In this document: positions 44,313-54,817 of the stretch, piece by piece
Numbering within the stretch: the first letter of the stretch is position 1
Layout: each line of letters starts with the position of its first letter
DNA from: an uncultured delta proteobacterium
GTDB lineage: Bacteria > Myxococcota > Myxococcia > Myxococcales > 40CM-4-68-19
Direction: 5' to 3'
Length of the DNA stretch: 64,000 nucleotides
NCBI GenBank assembly: GCA_903911145.1
Contig: CAIWCD010000002.1
Span: 62,001 to 126,000, forward strand
Notes under the pieces: generated by a model
What the model was told of the DNA's origin: nothing
Seen by the model: only the letters and a program-made list of their open reading frames with translations
Databases searched by the model: none
Made by a program: the position numbers and the translations under genes

Positions 44313-47300
44313 ATGCGCTTCACCGATCTCTTCATCAAGCGGCCGGTCATCGCGATCGTCCTCAATCTCCTCATCGTCATCGCCGGCCTTCAAGCCGTGC
44401 GCTCGCTCAACGTCCGCCAATATCCGCGCAGCGACAACGCGTCGATCACGGTGACGACCGCCTACGTCGGCGCGAGCGCAGCGCTGGTGCGCGGCTTCAT
44501 CACGACGCCGCTTGAGCGCGCGATCGCGGCGGCCGACGGAATCGACTACATCGAGTCGCAGAGCCTGCAGGGCGTCTCGACGATCACCGCCCGCCTGCGC
44601 CTCAACCAGAACGCCACGCAGGCGCTCGCGGAGATCAGCTCGAAGGTCGATGCGGTCCGCCGCGATCTGCCGCCCGAAGCGGAGATCCCGATCCTCAACG
44701 TCGAGTCCGCCGACAGCCAGTTCGCCTCGGCCTACTTGAGTTTCTCCTCTGAGTTTCTCAAGCAGAACGAGATCACCGACTACCTCGTGCGCATCGTCCA
44801 GCCGCGGCTCTCGGCGCTCGAGGGCGTGCAGCGCGCGGACATCCTCGGCGCGCGCACCTTCGCGATGCGCATCTGGCTCAAGCCCGATCGAATGGCCGCG
44901 ATGGGCGTGAGCCCCGCGCAGGTGCGGGCCGCGCTCGCAAGCAACAACTATCTCGCCGCCGTCGGCCAGACGAAGGGCAACCTCGTGCAGGTCAACCTCA
45001 CCACAAACACCGATCTCAAGTCGGTGCGCGAGTTCCAGCAGCTCGTCGTCAAGGAGAGCGACGGCGCGGTGGTGCGGCTTCAGGAGATCGCCGAGATCGC
45101 GCTGGGCGCGGAGGATTACGACGCAGTCGTGAACTTCTCGGGGCAGACCGCCGTCTTCGTCGGCATCTGGTCCTTGCCGAACGCGAACTCCCTCGATGTC
45201 ATCAAGCGCGTCCGCAGCGAGATGGCCTCGCTGCAGCACGATCTCCCCGAGCAGATCACCGGGCGCATCGCCTACGACGGCACCGCCTATATCCAGAGCG
45301 CGATCAGCGACGTCGAGGAGACGCTTCTCGAAACGCTGGTGATCGTCGTTGTGATCATCTTCCTCTTCCTCGGCTCGCTGCGCTCCTCACTCGTTCCCGT
45401 CGTCGCGATCCCCGTTTCGCTGATCGGCGCGATCTTCATCGTGCAGGTGCTCGGCTTCACCATCAATCTGCTCACGCTGCTCGCGGTCGTCCTCTCGGTC
45501 GGCCTCGTCGTCGACGATGCGATCGTCGTGGTCGAGAACGTCGAGCGCCATCTGCAAGAGGGCCTCTCGGCGTTCGACGCCGCGCTCAAGAGCGCACGGG
45601 AGCTGGTCGGGCCGATCAGCTCGATGACCATCACGCTCGCCGCCGTCTACGCGCCGATCGCGTTTCAGGGCGGACTCACCGGCTCGCTCTTCCGCGAATT
45701 CGCGCTCACGCTCGCGGGCGCCGTCACCATCTCGGGCGTCGTCGCGCTCACGCTCTCTCCCGTGATGGCGTCGCGCCTCCTGAAGCCCGGCCACGGCGAG
45801 CACGGCTTCTCGGGCTTCATCAACCGCACCTTCGAGCACGTCAAACAGCTCTATGGCCGCATGCTCGACGCCTCGTTCACGGCCCGCCCCGCCATCTACA
45901 CCGCGTGGGTCATTGTCAGTCTGCTCGCCGTCGCGATGTTCACTCTCTCTGCCAAGGAGCTCGCGCCTGCGGAAGATCAGGGCATCGTCTTCAACATCGA
46001 GAACGCGCCCTCGAACTCGACGATCGATCAGATCACGCAGTCGACGCGCGCGATCAACAAGGCCGCGTTCGAGATCCCCGAGACGGCGTTCACGTTCCAG
46101 GTGTCGATGCCGACGGGCGGCTTCACGGGCGACGTGCTCAAGCCTTGGTCTGAGCGCAAGCGCAACGCGTTCCAGATCCAGCCTGAGGTGCAGGCGAAGA
46201 TGAGCGCGATCCCCGGCCTGCAGACCTTCTCTGTGCTCCCGCCCGCGCTGCCCGGTGGCGGAACCTTTCCCGTCGAGCTCGTCGTCTCCTCGACCGCCGA
46301 CGCGACCGAGATCCTGACCTTCGTGAACCAGCTGCGCGACGACGCGGCGAAGAGCGGCATGTTCGCGTTCCCGCCGCTCATCGACACCAAGATCGATCAG
46401 CCGCAGACGGAGATTGAGATCGATCGCGAGAAGGTGGCCGCGCTCGGCCTGAACCTGGCGCAGGTCGGGCAGGACATGGGCGCTGCGATCGGCGGCAACT
46501 TCGTCAACCGGTTCAGCATCTCGGGCCGCAGCTACAAGGTGATCCCGCAGATCCTCCGCGCCGAGCGCATGACGCCTGAACAGCTCGCGCAGATCCACAT
46601 TGCGGGGCCGGGCGGACAGCTGATCGCGCTCTCGACGATCGCGACGCTGCACGACAGCGTCACGCCCCGCTCGCTCAATCGCTTCCAGCAGCTCAACGCC
46701 GTCAAGCTCAGCGGCGTCGCGATCCGGCCGCTCGACCAGGCGCTCAAGTCCATCGAGGACAATGCCGCGAAGATCCTCCCGCAGGGATATCGCATCGACT
46801 ACACGGGCGAGTCGCGCCAGTTGCGCAAGGAGGGCGACAAGTTCCTCCCCGCGTTCCTCCTCGCGATCGTGCTCATTTTCCTGGTGCTCTCTGCGCAGTT
46901 CAACAGCTTCAGAGATCCGCTGATCATCCTCGCTGGTTCGGTGCCGCTCGCGATGTTCGGCGCGCTGATCATGACGTTCCTCAAGATGCCGAATCCGAAC
47001 ATGCCGTTCTGGACGAATGGCTGGACGACGACGCTCAACGTCTATTCGCAGGTCGGCCTCGTCACGCTGGTGGGCCTCGTCGCGAAGAATGGAATCCTCA
47101 TCGTCGAGTTCGCCAACAAGCTGCAGGAAGAGGGGCACACGAAGCTTGCGGCGATCCGCGAGTCGGCGCTGACGCGTTTGCGGCCTGTGCTCATGACGAG
47201 CGTCGCGACGATCGCGGGGCACTTTCCGCTCACGCTCGTCACCGGTCCCGGCGCCTCCGCGCGCAACAGCATCGGACTCGTGCTCGTGACGGGAATGGCC

Positions 47301-47423
47301 GTGGGCACGGCCTTCACACTCTTCTTCGTCCCGTCGATCTACCTGCTCATCGCCAAGGATCATCGGGCCGACGCGAAGGAACCGGTCACCGCAGACGCGC
47401 CTGCAGAGACGGTGAGCGCATGA
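44313..47423 (+). CDS. RND efflux permease (AcrB/MexW-like)
   Basis: FIKRPV, GLVVDDAIVVVEN, AKNGILIVEFA, RLRPVLMT. Confidence 0.96.
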   Translation: MRFTDLFIKRPVIAIVLNLLIVIAGLQAVRSLNVRQYPRSDNASITVTTAYVGASAALVRGFITTPLERAIAAADGIDYIESQSLQGVSTITARLRLNQNATQALAEISSKVDAVRRDLPPEAEIPILNVESADSQFASAYLSFSSEFLKQNEITDYLVRIVQPRLSALEGVQRADILGARTFAMRIWLKPDRMAAMGVSPAQVRAALASNNYLAAVGQTKGNLVQVNLTTNTDLKSVREFQQLVVKESDGAVVRLQEIAEIALGAEDYDAVVNFSGQTAVFVGIWSLPNANSLDVIKRVRSEMASLQHDLPEQITGRIAYDGTAYIQSAISDVEETLLETLVIVVVIIFLFLGSLRSSLVPVVAIPVSLIGAIFIVQVLGFTINLLTLLAVVLSVGLVVDDAIVVVENVERHLQEGLSAFDAALKSARELVGPISSMTITLAAVYAPIAFQGGLTGSLFREFALTLAGAVTISGVVALTLSPVMASRLLKPGHGEHGFSGFINRTFEHVKQLYGRMLDASFTARPAIYTAWVIVSLLAVAMFTLSAKELAPAEDQGIVFNIENAPSNSTIDQITQSTRAINKAAFEIPETAFTFQVSMPTGGFTGDVLKPWSERKRNAFQIQPEVQAKMSAIPGLQTFSVLPPALPGGGTFPVELVVSSTADATEILTFVNQLRDDAAKSGMFAFPPLIDTKIDQPQTEIEIDREKVAALGLNLAQVGQDMGAAIGGNFVNRFSISGRSYKVIPQILRAERMTPEQLAQIHIAGPGGQLIALSTIATLHDSVTPRSLNRFQQLNAVKLSGVAIRPLDQALKSIEDNAAKILPQGYRIDYTGESRQLRKEGDKFLPAFLLAIVLIFLVLSAQFNSFRDPLIILAGSVPLAMFGALIMTFLKMPNPNMPFWTNGWTTTLNVYSQVGLVTLVGLVAKNGILIVEFANKLQEEGHTKLAAIRESALTRLRPVLMTSVATIAGHFPLTLVTGPGASARNSIGLVLVTGMAVGTAFTLFFVPSIYLLIAKDHRADAKEPVTADAPAETVSA

Positions 47424-48811
47424 TGACGAGAGCATCCATGTTCGAGAGATCGTTGGTGTACCAATCATTGGTGTTCAAAGCATTTGCCGCCGCCACGCTC
47501 GGCATGGCGCTCGCCGCGCAACCCGCGCATGCGCTCCAGCCGCTGCAAGAGTTTCTCGCCGGTGCACGCTCGGCCAACCCCGATGCACTCGAGGCTGCAG
47601 CCAACGCGAACCAGCAGGATGCGCTCGCCGATGTGCAGCTCGGCCGCGCCCTGCCTGGGCTGCAGCTGCGCGGGACGTACACGCACAACCAGTACGACTC
47701 GAAGTTCACGCTGCCCACCGCGAGCGGGCAGCCGCCGATCACCGTGATGATCCAGCCCTACGACGCGTTCGACGCCTACTCGACGATCAACGTGCCGCTC
47801 ATCGATCTCGCGCAGTTCAAGCGCATCGCGGTCTCGCGCACGGGAGCTGCACAGACGCGCAAGCAGATGGAGGCTGTGCAGCTGCAGATCAGCGGCGCCG
47901 TCGCGCAGGACTATTTTCAGCTGGTCGCGAACCTCGCGCTCGTCGAGGCGTCGAAGCGACAGCTCGAGGTGTCGCGCACAAGCCTCGCGCTGATCGAGGA
48001 CAAGTTCCGCCTCGGCAGCGCGCCCGAGCTCGAGGTCGATCGCGCGAAGTCCGAAGTGGAGCGGCAGGTGCAGCAGCTCGCCGCTGCGGAGCTGCAGCGC
48101 GAGATCTCCGCGCGCGCGCTGACATCGGCGAGCGGGATCGCGCCGCAGCTGACGGCGGGCGCCGACTTCCCCGAGGATCTCCACGCCGAATCTCCACTCG
48201 ATGAGCTGGAAAGATCGATCGATGCGCTTCCGCAGACGCAGGTGGCGAAGCTTGCGACCGACGCCGCCGACGGCACGCTGCTCGCGCAGAAGCTGACGCT
48301 CGTCCCTGCGCTCTCGGGCTCCTTCAGCGAGCACGTCAGCAACGCCGCGGGCTTTGTCGGCAGCAACTCGAGCTACTTCTACCAACTCGCGCTCAACTGG
48401 AATTTCGACTTCACCAACATCGCGAACATCCGCGCGGCGCAGGCAGCATCCGAGGCCGCGCGAGCACGAGAGTTGCGCAGCCGGCTCGCGGCCGGAGACG
48501 AGATCAGCCGCGACTGGAACAGCGTGCGCGCCGCGATCGCGCGGAGCCAATCAGCGCGCGTCGAGGTGAAGACGAGCCAGCACGCCGCCGACCTGGCGTT
48601 CGATCGCTACCGCGCGGGCGCCTCGACCCAGCTCGAGTTGCTGCAGGCGCAGCGCGATGCCTTCAGCGCCGAGGTCTCGCGCATCCAGGCCGACGCCGAT
48701 CTCGCCAACTCCCGCGCGCAGCTGCGCCTCTCCGTGGGGCAGTCGCTCGATCAGACCGCCTCTTCGATCACGACGCGGACGCCCCCGCCATCGCCGGCAC
48801 CGCAGCGGTAG
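47420..48811 (+). CDS. TolC-family outer membrane factor
   Basis: Signal peptide; RYRAGASTQLELLQAQ motif; third gene of the RND operon. Confidence 0.9.
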   Translation: MMTRASMFERSLVYQSLVFKAFAAATLGMALAAQPAHALQPLQEFLAGARSANPDALEAAANANQQDALADVQLGRALPGLQLRGTYTHNQYDSKFTLPTASGQPPITVMIQPYDAFDAYSTINVPLIDLAQFKRIAVSRTGAAQTRKQMEAVQLQISGAVAQDYFQLVANLALVEASKRQLEVSRTSLALIEDKFRLGSAPELEVDRAKSEVERQVQQLAAAELQREISARALTSASGIAPQLTAGADFPEDLHAESPLDELERSIDALPQTQVAKLATDAADGTLLAQKLTLVPALSGSFSEHVSNAAGFVGSNSSYFYQLALNWNFDFTNIANIRAAQAASEAARARELRSRLAAGDEISRDWNSVRAAIARSQSARVEVKTSQHAADLAFDRYRAGASTQLELLQAQRDAFSAEVSRIQADADLANSRAQLRLSVGQSLDQTASSITTRTPPPSPAPQR

Positions 48812-48857
48812 AGCGAAGCAGACTCCGCGAGCCCGGGCGGCGTGAACCGAGCGGGCG

Positions 48858-49631
48858 TCAGCCAAGCCGGCCGGCGAGATGCTGCACGACGCTCAAGGCC
48901 GCAAGTCCCGCCGTCTCCGTGCGCAGCACCAGCGGGCCGAGGCTCGCGCGCACAAAGCCGTGCTGCTCCGCGGCGGCGAGTTCGTCGGGAGAAAAGCCAC
49001 CTTCGGGTCCGACGACGAGCAGCAGCTTCTCCGCGCCCAGTGCGGCTTCGCCGAGACGTAAGCGCGTCGCGAGCGGATCGAGAACCACTCCGCGACGCGC
49101 AGGCTCCTCGCCAAGAATCGCGAACAGCTCGTCCCATCTGCGCGGCGCATCGATCGTCGGCACGTCAGCGCGCCCACACTGGCGCGACGCTTCGTCTGCG
49201 ATCTTCTGCCAGCGCACCACCTTCGCAGCGCCCCGCTCCTCGTCGAGCTTGACGATGCTCCGCTCGGCCGCGAACGGAATCACGCGCGCGACGCCCAACT
49301 CGGTCGCCTTCTGGATCACCAGCTCGAGCTTGTCCCCTTTTGCGAGCGCCTGCGCGAGCGCGACATCGAACGCAAAGCCACGCCCAGCCTGATCTTCCGC
49401 ATCGAGAGCGATCTTCTCGAGCGACGTGAGCGCTGGCGCACCGAGCAGGGAGAGAGCCAACTTCGCCGACCAGCGCGCGCCCTGTCCGTCGAAGATCTCC
49501 AGCGCATCACCCGCCACGAGTCGGAGCACCGAGACAAGGTAGCGGGCCTGCTCGGGCGTGAGCGCCACGTGCGCGTCCTGTGCGGAGGCGAGCTGCGCGG
49601 GCGTGACGAGGAGTCTGCGGAGCGGCGACAT
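48858..49631 (-). CDS. rsmE: 16S rRNA m3U1498 methyltransferase RsmE
   Basis: QKATELG, EASRQCGR, VGPEGGF, LRTETA. Confidence 0.95.
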   Translation of the reverse strand: MSPLRRLLVTPAQLASAQDAHVALTPEQARYLVSVLRLVAGDALEIFDGQGARWSAKLALSLLGAPALTSLEKIALDAEDQAGRGFAFDVALAQALAKGDKLELVIQKATELGVARVIPFAAERSIVKLDEERGAAKVVRWQKIADEASRQCGRADVPTIDAPRRWDELFAILGEEPARRGVVLDPLATRLRLGEAALGAEKLLLVVGPEGGFSPDELAAAEQHGFVRASLGPLVLRTETAGLAALSVVQHLAGRLG

Positions 49632-49704
49632 GCGGGAGATCTTATCCGCGATCACTCCAGTCACGGCGCTCGATGAACGGCCCGCGCGGCTCGCGTGACG
49701 CTCA

Positions 49705-49751
49705 AGGTATTCCCAGTAAGCCTTGACTGGTATACCTAACCATGACAAGCT
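49705..49751 (+). promoter_or_regulatory. padR promoter with overlapping inverted repeat (putative operator)
   Basis: AGGTAT-TC-CCAGT-N8-ACTGG-T-ATACCT; TTGACT (49723) -N17- CAAGCT, then ATG after 7 nt. Confidence 0.55.
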
Positions 49752-49758
49752 TAGTTTC

Positions 49759-50130
49759 ATGAGCAGCGAGAAGACAGACGGGCAGGTGCTCAAAGGGCTG
49801 CTCGACACGCTGGTGCTCGGCGTGCTCGCGGAAGAGGACGACTACGGCTTCGGGATTCTGCAGAAGTTGGCCGAGCGCGCGGGCGACAGCCTCGCCCTCA
49901 AGGAGGCCACGCTCTATCCGCTGCTGCACCGCATGGAGAGCCGCGGATTTCTCGAGTGCTACTGGCGCCCCGGCCAGCGCGGCACGGACCGCAAGTACTA
50001 CCGGATCACCGACGACGGACACGCCCACCTCAGCGAGCGGCTCGTCGAGTGGAAGAAGGTCGCGTCGATCCTCGAGACCGTGGTGCTTGAGCGGCGCCGG
50101 CCAGAGAACGTGAAGAAAGGCAGGAAGTGA
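49759..50130 (+). CDS. PadR-family transcriptional regulator
   Basis: LKGLLDTLVL..YGFGI..ATLYPLLHRME..RKYYRIT..W. Confidence 0.93.
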   Translation: MSSEKTDGQVLKGLLDTLVLGVLAEEDDYGFGILQKLAERAGDSLALKEATLYPLLHRMESRGFLECYWRPGQRGTDRKYYRITDDGHAHLSERLVEWKKVASILETVVLERRRPENVKKGRK

Positions 50131-50131
50131 G

Positions 50132-51106
50132 ATGGGACTTCTTCGATTCCCCGGCGGCACGATCGCACCCCAAGCGTTGACTGGCGACGCGGTGCTCGAT
50201 CGCTATCTCGTCGATCTCGACGCGAAGTTGCACGGCATCGCGGCGCTGCGTCTACGCACGCTCGCGGAGATCAAGGACACGCTGCTCGAGCGCAAGGAGC
50301 AGGCGCTCGCGAGCGGGAAGTCCGCGCTGGATGCGGCCGAGAGCGCCGTCCGGGAGATCGGTGACGCCGAGGAGTTCGCGGCACCGCAGCGTGCTGAGCT
50401 GCGCAAGCTTGCGCTTCAGCGGGGCCTGCCGTTCGGCCTGTTCATGGCTCTCTTCCAGTACGCCGCGATGTCCCTGCATCACCACATCGCCTGGTGGCCC
50501 ATGCTTCCCATTTTCGTCGCCATCTACGCGGCGACAGGAGCGACGTTCGGCATCGCGACGGCCTACTTCCAGGCGTTCGGCCCGCCAGGGAACGAACGGG
50601 TTCTCTCGAATGATCCGAGCGCGTATCTGGTCACCGAGCGCTCGCACGCGGGAACTGTGCTTCTGACGTTCTACTTTTTCGGAAGCGGACTCGTCATGGT
50701 GCTCGGCGGACTCAAGATCGTTTCGTCCTTCGCGCGCATCGTGTTCTGGGTCCTCAGGCCGTCGAGTCAGAACGTGCCGTTCGCGCAAGCACTGGCCATC
50801 GGCTTTGGATTGATCAGCGTCGCGCTCGGAGTGCTCCTCTGGAACCTCCTTCGCCGCTACCGCGTCGATCCTGCGGGCTTCTCGATCGAGGGGCTCGGGC
50901 CCGTTCGGCGGATCGAATGGGGCGCAGTGAAGGAGATCGCGCCGCTCGGAAAGCGTTTTCGCTGGGCTCCACGGATCTGGAAGCGCATCAGCGTGATCAC
51001 CTTCGTCGACACGGCCGGCCGTGAGCAGCGCATGCTGGTGTCGCCCTCGATGAGCAACGCCGACCGCTTTCTCCTCGAGCTGCGCGAACACGTCGCGCGC
51101 AGCTGA
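50132..51106 (+). CDS. HAAS/permease-prefix domain membrane protein with PH-like C-terminus
   Basis: YLVDL..EIKDTL..AVREIGDAEE N-terminus, about 4 TMs; directly follows padR. Confidence 0.75.
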   Translation: MGLLRFPGGTIAPQALTGDAVLDRYLVDLDAKLHGIAALRLRTLAEIKDTLLERKEQALASGKSALDAAESAVREIGDAEEFAAPQRAELRKLALQRGLPFGLFMALFQYAAMSLHHHIAWWPMLPIFVAIYAATGATFGIATAYFQAFGPPGNERVLSNDPSAYLVTERSHAGTVLLTFYFFGSGLVMVLGGLKIVSSFARIVFWVLRPSSQNVPFAQALAIGFGLISVALGVLLWNLLRRYRVDPAGFSIEGLGPVRRIEWGAVKEIAPLGKRFRWAPRIWKRISVITFVDTAGREQRMLVSPSMSNADRFLLELREHVARS

Positions 51107-51147
51107 TCTGCACGAGCGCTACGACGGAGCCCGACCGCGCCTCACGC

Positions 51148-52041
51148 CTACGCGCGCGCAAGCTCCACGCGCAGCCAGCCATCCCGCTCGTGCCGCGACA
51201 CGGCCTTCAAGCCCTGCGCGACATACGCCTCGGTCGCTTCATCTCCCTGCGGTGCAAGCAGCCCCGAAAGCACCAGCCGCCCGCCGGGCGCGACCTTGCG
51301 CGCGATCTGCGGCGCGAGCTCGACGAGCGTGTTGAGCAGAATGTTCGCGATGACGATCTGAAACGGCTTGTCGTACGGCGCGGGCAGATCATCACAGTCG
51401 CGCAGCTGCCAGGAGATGCGATCGGGCGTGAGGCCATTGAGCGCCGCGCCCTCCTTCGCCGCGTCGATCGCCACGGGATCGTTCTCGGTGCCGCAGATGC
51501 GCGCGCCCGCGCCCAGCCTGGCCGCGAGGATCGCGATGACTCCGCTGCCCGTGCCGACGTCGAGCAGATCGGCGCCGGGAAATTCTTTCAACAGCTCGTC
51601 CGTGCGCTCGAGGCAGAGCGCCGTCGTCGCGTGCGCGCCCGTGCCGAACGCCATGCCGGGATCGATCGCGATCGCGACTTCACCGGCAGCGAGCGCGGGC
51701 ATGTCCCACGGTGGGTGCACGAACGAGCGCGGCCCCACGCGCAGCGCCTTGTGGTGCGCGCGCCACGAGAGGCTCCAGTTCTCCTCGATGATCTCGATCG
51801 GCGTCGGAACCTCGAGCGTCGGCAACTCGCCCGCGAGCACCTGCGCTGCAGTCTCGGCATCCGCGCGGCTGCCGAAGTGCGCGATGCAGCGCCAGCGGCC
51901 TTCCGGAAGCGGCGGCGTGCCCGGCATCAGCAGCATCCCCGGCTCCTGTGTCTCGACGCCGAGCGCGCCCTCGTCGAAGCAGAGCGACGACGCGATCTCG
52001 AGCTCGGCCTCGGGTGCGAGCAGCACGAGTGCAAAACTCAT
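51148..52041 (-). CDS. prmA: Ribosomal protein L11 methyltransferase
   Basis: IDPGMAFGTGAHATT, DVGTGSG, ANIL, LSGL. Confidence 0.95.
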   Translation of the reverse strand: MSFALVLLAPEAELEIASSLCFDEGALGVETQEPGMLLMPGTPPLPEGRWRCIAHFGSRADAETAAQVLAGELPTLEVPTPIEIIEENWSLSWRAHHKALRVGPRSFVHPPWDMPALAAGEVAIAIDPGMAFGTGAHATTALCLERTDELLKEFPGADLLDVGTGSGVIAILAARLGAGARICGTENDPVAIDAAKEGAALNGLTPDRISWQLRDCDDLPAPYDKPFQIVIANILLNTLVELAPQIARKVAPGGRLVLSGLLAPQGDEATEAYVAQGLKAVSRHERDGWLRVELARA

Positions 52042-54728
52042 GACTGCAATCCTTTCGTTGCACCGGCGCGCGCACCCGGCTCGCCGCGGAGTTCGTCTGG
52101 GATCGCCGCATCAGGCGCGACGAGCGCGATCGTTTCTCTCTCGGGCGCGAGCAACGACTCGGCGAGCGCGCGCACCTTCTCTGCCGTCACGCTCGCGATC
52201 CGCTCGGCATATCCACGCGACCATTCGGCCCCGAGGCCGTAGCACTCATCGAACGCCATGATCGCTGCGCGCGCCGAATTTCGCTGCAGACCGATCGCCT
52301 GGCTACCGATCAGATGTGTGCGCGCGCGATCGATCTCGGCCGCACCGGGCGCGGTCGCGCGCATGATCGCGAGCTGCTCGCGCATTCCGGCGAGCGCCTC
52401 GCTGACTTTGCCGGGACCGCAGCCGATGTACGTCGCGAAATATCCCGGATCGACACCCTCCATCGCGAAGCTCGAGACGCTGTAGGCGAGGCTCTTCTTG
52501 TCGCGCAGCTCGAGGAAAAGGCGACCGCCCTGCCCCGAGAGGATCGCCGAGAGAACTTCGAGCGTGTCGCGATCGGGAGACGACAGCGAGAGCCCCGGAT
52601 AGCCGAGCACGAGGTGGGCCTGCGCTTTCTCGAGTGCGCGCACGGCCGCACGGGGCGCGGTCTGGAGCGATTCGCGCGGAGGAGAGAGAGCCGGCGCAGC
52701 CGCCGTGTTCTTGCCGATGCTCGCCAGCACCCGCTCGCGCACTTCAGCGGGATCGACATCGCCGACGACCGCGATCACGGCAGCGCCCGGCGAGTAGAGG
52801 CGAGCACGCAGCGACGCGAGTTGTGCGCCATCAACGCGCGCAAGGCTCTCCGCGTTCCCGAGCAGATCGAGCCGATATGGGTGCTTCTGAAAGAGCGTCT
52901 CGGCGAAGAGCTGGAAGGCCGCGCCAGCCGGATTGTCATCGCGCGAGCGCAGCTCCTCCTTCTGCAGCGCGGTCTCGCGCTCCACCTCGGGCGCGCGGAA
53001 GACGGGCTCGCAGGTCGCCTCCGCGAAGAGATCCCACGCCCGTTCGAAGTGGCGCGAGAGCGCCTCGGCGCGCAGGCCGAACGAGTTGCGGCCGGAGTTT
53101 CCACCGAGCGAGCCGCCCATCTCTTCCATCTGCTTGGCGATCTCTTCTGCTGTTCGCGTCTTCGTCCCCTTCGAGGCGAGGCGCGCAAGAAGAAGCTGCC
53201 AGCCGCCGTCGGTCGCCGTCTCCGCGCGCAGGCCGCCGTTCCAGACCGTGCGCATCGCGACAAGAGGAACCGCGCGCTCTTCACGGATCAGCAGCGTGCC
53301 TCCGCCGGGAAGTTTTTCGCGCAGAAGCTGCCCGCCAGTGTCCTTGCCCGCACGCAGCGCGCGCCGCACGGGTGGCGGACGGGAGAGCGCCGGGGCCGCA
53401 GGAGGCAGCGTCACGGCGAGCGCAATCTTCGACGCCTCATCGAGCATCGCAGTGAGCGCCGCGCTGTCGAGCGCAGCATCTGCCTCGGTCGGCAGAAGCG
53501 CCGCTGCATTGAGCGCGCGCGGATCGAGCCAGCGCTGCGCCGCTTCGAGCACCAGCTGCGGCGTCATCGCGGCGATGCGCGCGAAATATTTCTCCTCGAG
53601 AGCAAGGCCGCCCTTCGCCGTCAGATAGAAGCCCAGCTTGCGCGCCTGCCCCTGCACCGTCTCGCGCTGGAAGACCGCATCGCTCTCGAGGAGCCGACAC
53701 GCGCGCTCGAGCTCATCGGCCGAGATCTCTTCGGTCCGCAGCAGATGCAGCTGGCGCGCGGCTTCACCGACGGCCTCGCGCAGCTTGTCGGGCGAGAGCG
53801 TGAACGAGAGCATCGTCAGCCCGCGATCCTGCGGCGTGTAGCAGCTCGCGTGCAGCTCGTTGACCAGCAGGCGATCGCGCTTCATCGAGCGGAACAGCCG
53901 CGACGCCTCGCCGTGACCGAGCACGATCGAGAGCGCGTCGAGCGCGGCGACATCATCGTGATCGATCGGCGGCGCGGGCCACGAGAGCGTCAGCTGCGCT
54001 TCGCGGACTCCCTGCCGCACGAGCTTCGCGCGCGACCGCTCCTGGAGCGGTTCAGCGGTGCGCGGCGGCGCGGGAACGAATGCATCGTTTGCTTGCGCGC
54101 CTTCGCGATCCTCGAATCGAAAATATTTCCGCGCCGCCGCGAGCACGTCGGCCTCGCGCACATCGCCGACGACCGCGACGGTCATGTTCTCTGGCCGATA
54201 CCAGCGTCGATAGAAGTTGAGAATGCGCTCGCGCGTGTGGCTGCGGACACTCTGCTCGGTGCCGATCACGGGCAGGCGATACGGATGCGTCTGGTATGCG
54301 GTGGAGAAGAGCGCCTGCGAAACGACACGGCCGGGTGAGTCGGCCGAGCGGTTGATCTCCTCGCAGACCACTTCGATCTCGCGCGTCAGCTCCTCGCGAT
54401 CGAACGCCGCGGCGCTCACCGCGTCGGCCAGCACCGCGAGTCCCGTCTCCCAATATCGGCTCGCGATCGTGACGTGATAGACGGTCTGATCGAACGAGGT
54501 CCAGGCGTTGATCTCGCCGCCCGCCGCCTCGATCTGGCGCGCCACTTCTCCGGGCCCGCGCGACTTCGTTCCCTTGAACAGCATGTGCTCGTGGAGATGC
54601 GCGATGCCGGCCTCGTCGGGCGTCTCGTCGGCCGAGCCGACCTTCACCCAGATCTGGATGGCCGCGACGGGCGCGGTGTGATTCTCCTCGACGTGAACGG
54701 TCAGTCCGCCTTCGATCTGCGTGGGCAT
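52038..54728 (-). CDS. M16-family zinc peptidase (fused two-unit form)
   Basis: Inverted zinc motif HLHEH, NAWTSFD; second inactive M16 unit; start reset to ATG 54728. Confidence 0.92.
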   Translation of the reverse strand: MPTQIEGGLTVHVEENHTAPVAAIQIWVKVGSADETPDEAGIAHLHEHMLFKGTKSRGPGEVARQIEAAGGEINAWTSFDQTVYHVTIASRYWETGLAVLADAVSAAAFDREELTREIEVVCEEINRSADSPGRVVSQALFSTAYQTHPYRLPVIGTEQSVRSHTRERILNFYRRWYRPENMTVAVVGDVREADVLAAARKYFRFEDREGAQANDAFVPAPPRTAEPLQERSRAKLVRQGVREAQLTLSWPAPPIDHDDVAALDALSIVLGHGEASRLFRSMKRDRLLVNELHASCYTPQDRGLTMLSFTLSPDKLREAVGEAARQLHLLRTEEISADELERACRLLESDAVFQRETVQGQARKLGFYLTAKGGLALEEKYFARIAAMTPQLVLEAAQRWLDPRALNAAALLPTEADAALDSAALTAMLDEASKIALAVTLPPAAPALSRPPPVRRALRAGKDTGGQLLREKLPGGGTLLIREERAVPLVAMRTVWNGGLRAETATDGGWQLLLARLASKGTKTRTAEEIAKQMEEMGGSLGGNSGRNSFGLRAEALSRHFERAWDLFAEATCEPVFRAPEVERETALQKEELRSRDDNPAGAAFQLFAETLFQKHPYRLDLLGNAESLARVDGAQLASLRARLYSPGAAVIAVVGDVDPAEVRERVLASIGKNTAAAPALSPPRESLQTAPRAAVRALEKAQAHLVLGYPGLSLSSPDRDTLEVLSAILSGQGGRLFLELRDKKSLAYSVSSFAMEGVDPGYFATYIGCGPGKVSEALAGMREQLAIMRATAPGAAEIDRARTHLIGSQAIGLQRNSARAAIMAFDECYGLGAEWSRGYAERIASVTAEKVRALAESLLAPERETIALVAPDAAIPDELRGEPGARAGATKGLQS

Positions 54729-54817
54729 CTGCAGAGCGTAACAGGAGCCGCGGGCTGTGACCGGGCATTCGACGCAACGTACGCAGAGCCGCGCTGGGAG
54801 CGGATCTCCGCGCCTCG

